NCBI GenBank assembly: GCA_964016885.1
Contig: OZ024754.1
Span: 37,014,001-37,078,000 of the forward strand
Direction of reading: 5' to 3'
From: Eledone cirrhosa
Taxonomy: Eukaryota
Length of the DNA: 64,000 nucleotides
Made by a program: the position numbers and the translations under genes
Part shown: positions 62,458 through 64,000 of the stretch, piece by piece
Numbering within the stretch: the stretch's first letter is position 1
How the letters are laid out: each line of letters starts with the position of its first letter
The notes under the pieces: generated by a model
The model's input: the letters and a program-made list of their open reading frames with translations, nothing else
Told to the model about the DNA's origin: nothing
Database searches by the model: none

Positions 62458-64000
62458 CTGTAAAAAATTACCTTTTAATTTACTGATTTCAATACATCTA
62501 AACTATAATAAAGTAAGGAGTGCAGGACTGCGTATGGTTTATTTCTTTTAATCCAGTTAGTAAAATAAGTTGGATTACTTTGAATAAATAATGAATGAAT
62601 ATTACATAATTTATCTACTAAATTTCGTAGCTGTTGATTAAGTATATTTTATTGCTTATTTAAAGATTCACTTCTTTAAAATTTTCACTTCCGGTTAGCG
62701 ATCGCTTAAATAAACATTCATATATTTCCGTCACTAATTTTCTCCTAATGCAGTTAATATATAATATATATTTTTTTAATGTATCATGGATTACGTTACT
62801 GATTACAGAAGAGAGTGTAGCACAGTCTCTCTTCAATTTCTGTGTATATTGTCAATTACAATTTTATTTGATGTATCATATCTACATGCATATATACTTG
62901 CATATAGTATCAATATGCACACTATACATGCTAGCAGAAAACCACCCTAAGGATGGTTTTTCTGCTAGTTTTTACAAATTTATGATAAAAACTGTATAAA
63001 CATATTATTTACAGTAACAAAAAGGGTGGTGGATTGGCAGTATCGGTATACACTCTGTATATACTGAGTTCAAACCCTGCCTCTTTCTGCCAAGAGTTGT
63101 GACCAGCAGATAACATTCAACACTAGAAAAACAAAGCCAAAGTCTGATCTAACAATCAGTTCCTCTTCTTTCATTTTATTTTTGAGCAGTTAGTTTGGCA
63201 TGGCTTGTAGATAATCAAACTAAATCAATCTATGAATCGATATTTATTATTTTAAATGGAAGGGTGGTGGATTGGCAGTATCGGTAGAGGGTCAGACGCC
63301 ATGCTTTGCAGCATAGAGTTACGGCCCTTTACGGCCCTGTATGAGAAACCATTATTTACAGTAACAATAATTGTTTCTACTATTCTTGCCTCAATGATGA
63401 TGATGACTTATATTCGAATATATACAGTATATACGTGCAGGCATGGCTGTGTGGTTAACCCTTTAACATTTGCATTTCTTTATGTTTACTATAGTATTTT
63501 TGCAGTAATTATCTCACATAATATCGAATCTATGAGATTTTGACATTTATTTTGAGAACAATGCCTAAACGTCGGCATAAGTGACTGGTTATGGCTGGTT
63601 TGAACAGAGAGAGGTGAGAGAATTCTGGCCAGATACAGCCGATTTAAATACTAAAGGGTTAAGGAGCTTGTCCCACCACAGTGCAGCTTGGGCAAGTGTC
63701 TTCTGTTATAGCCCTGGATTGACCAATACCTTGACAATGGAATTTGGTAGATGGAAACTGCAGAAGTGTGACATATGGCTGTGTGGTTAAGGATTTTGTT
63801 TCCTAACCTTGTGGGTGTAGGTTCAGTCCCACTGTGGAACACCTTGGTCAAGTGTCTTCTACTTTAGCCATGATTTGACCAGTGCCTTGTAGACAGAAAA
63901 TACTGAAGCCTATCTGTCATATGTGTGTGTGAGGACAATAATAAATAAATTAGCAAAACTATTTTCTTACCAGTATCAAAACTATTGGAGATAGATTCAA

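Overview
AT-rich, repeat-dense animal genomic DNA. The repeat types and proteins point to a coleoid cephalopod, probably an octopus (inference). I reconstructed three intron-containing genes by hand, all on the minus strand. They are the 3' part of a Kizuna (KIZ)-like centrosomal gene (9 exons, 62457-47969, with a long His-rich decapeptide repeat), a complete ZNF839-like gene (5 coding exons, 35783-18611, about 1491 aa) and the first coding exon of RalGAP-alpha (6886-6781). The rest is microsatellites, about a dozen minisatellite arrays, tRNA-derived SINEs, RTE/CR1/CRE LINE fragments, a decayed mariner and TTAA/TA MITEs. The most striking unannotated structure is a set of about 20 short (130-500 bp) non-coding elements from several unrelated sequence families, nearly all embedded in (TA)n tracts. 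Many carry a readable minimal type-I hammerhead ribozyme (CUGANGA...GAAA...UH), and most are folded back into a long inverted repeat whose turning point lies in or near the ribozyme. They resemble Penelope-type or retrozyme-like ribozyme retroelements. All homology calls come from recalled sequence motifs, not database searches. Almost all ORFs in the supplied track are artefacts of simple repeats.
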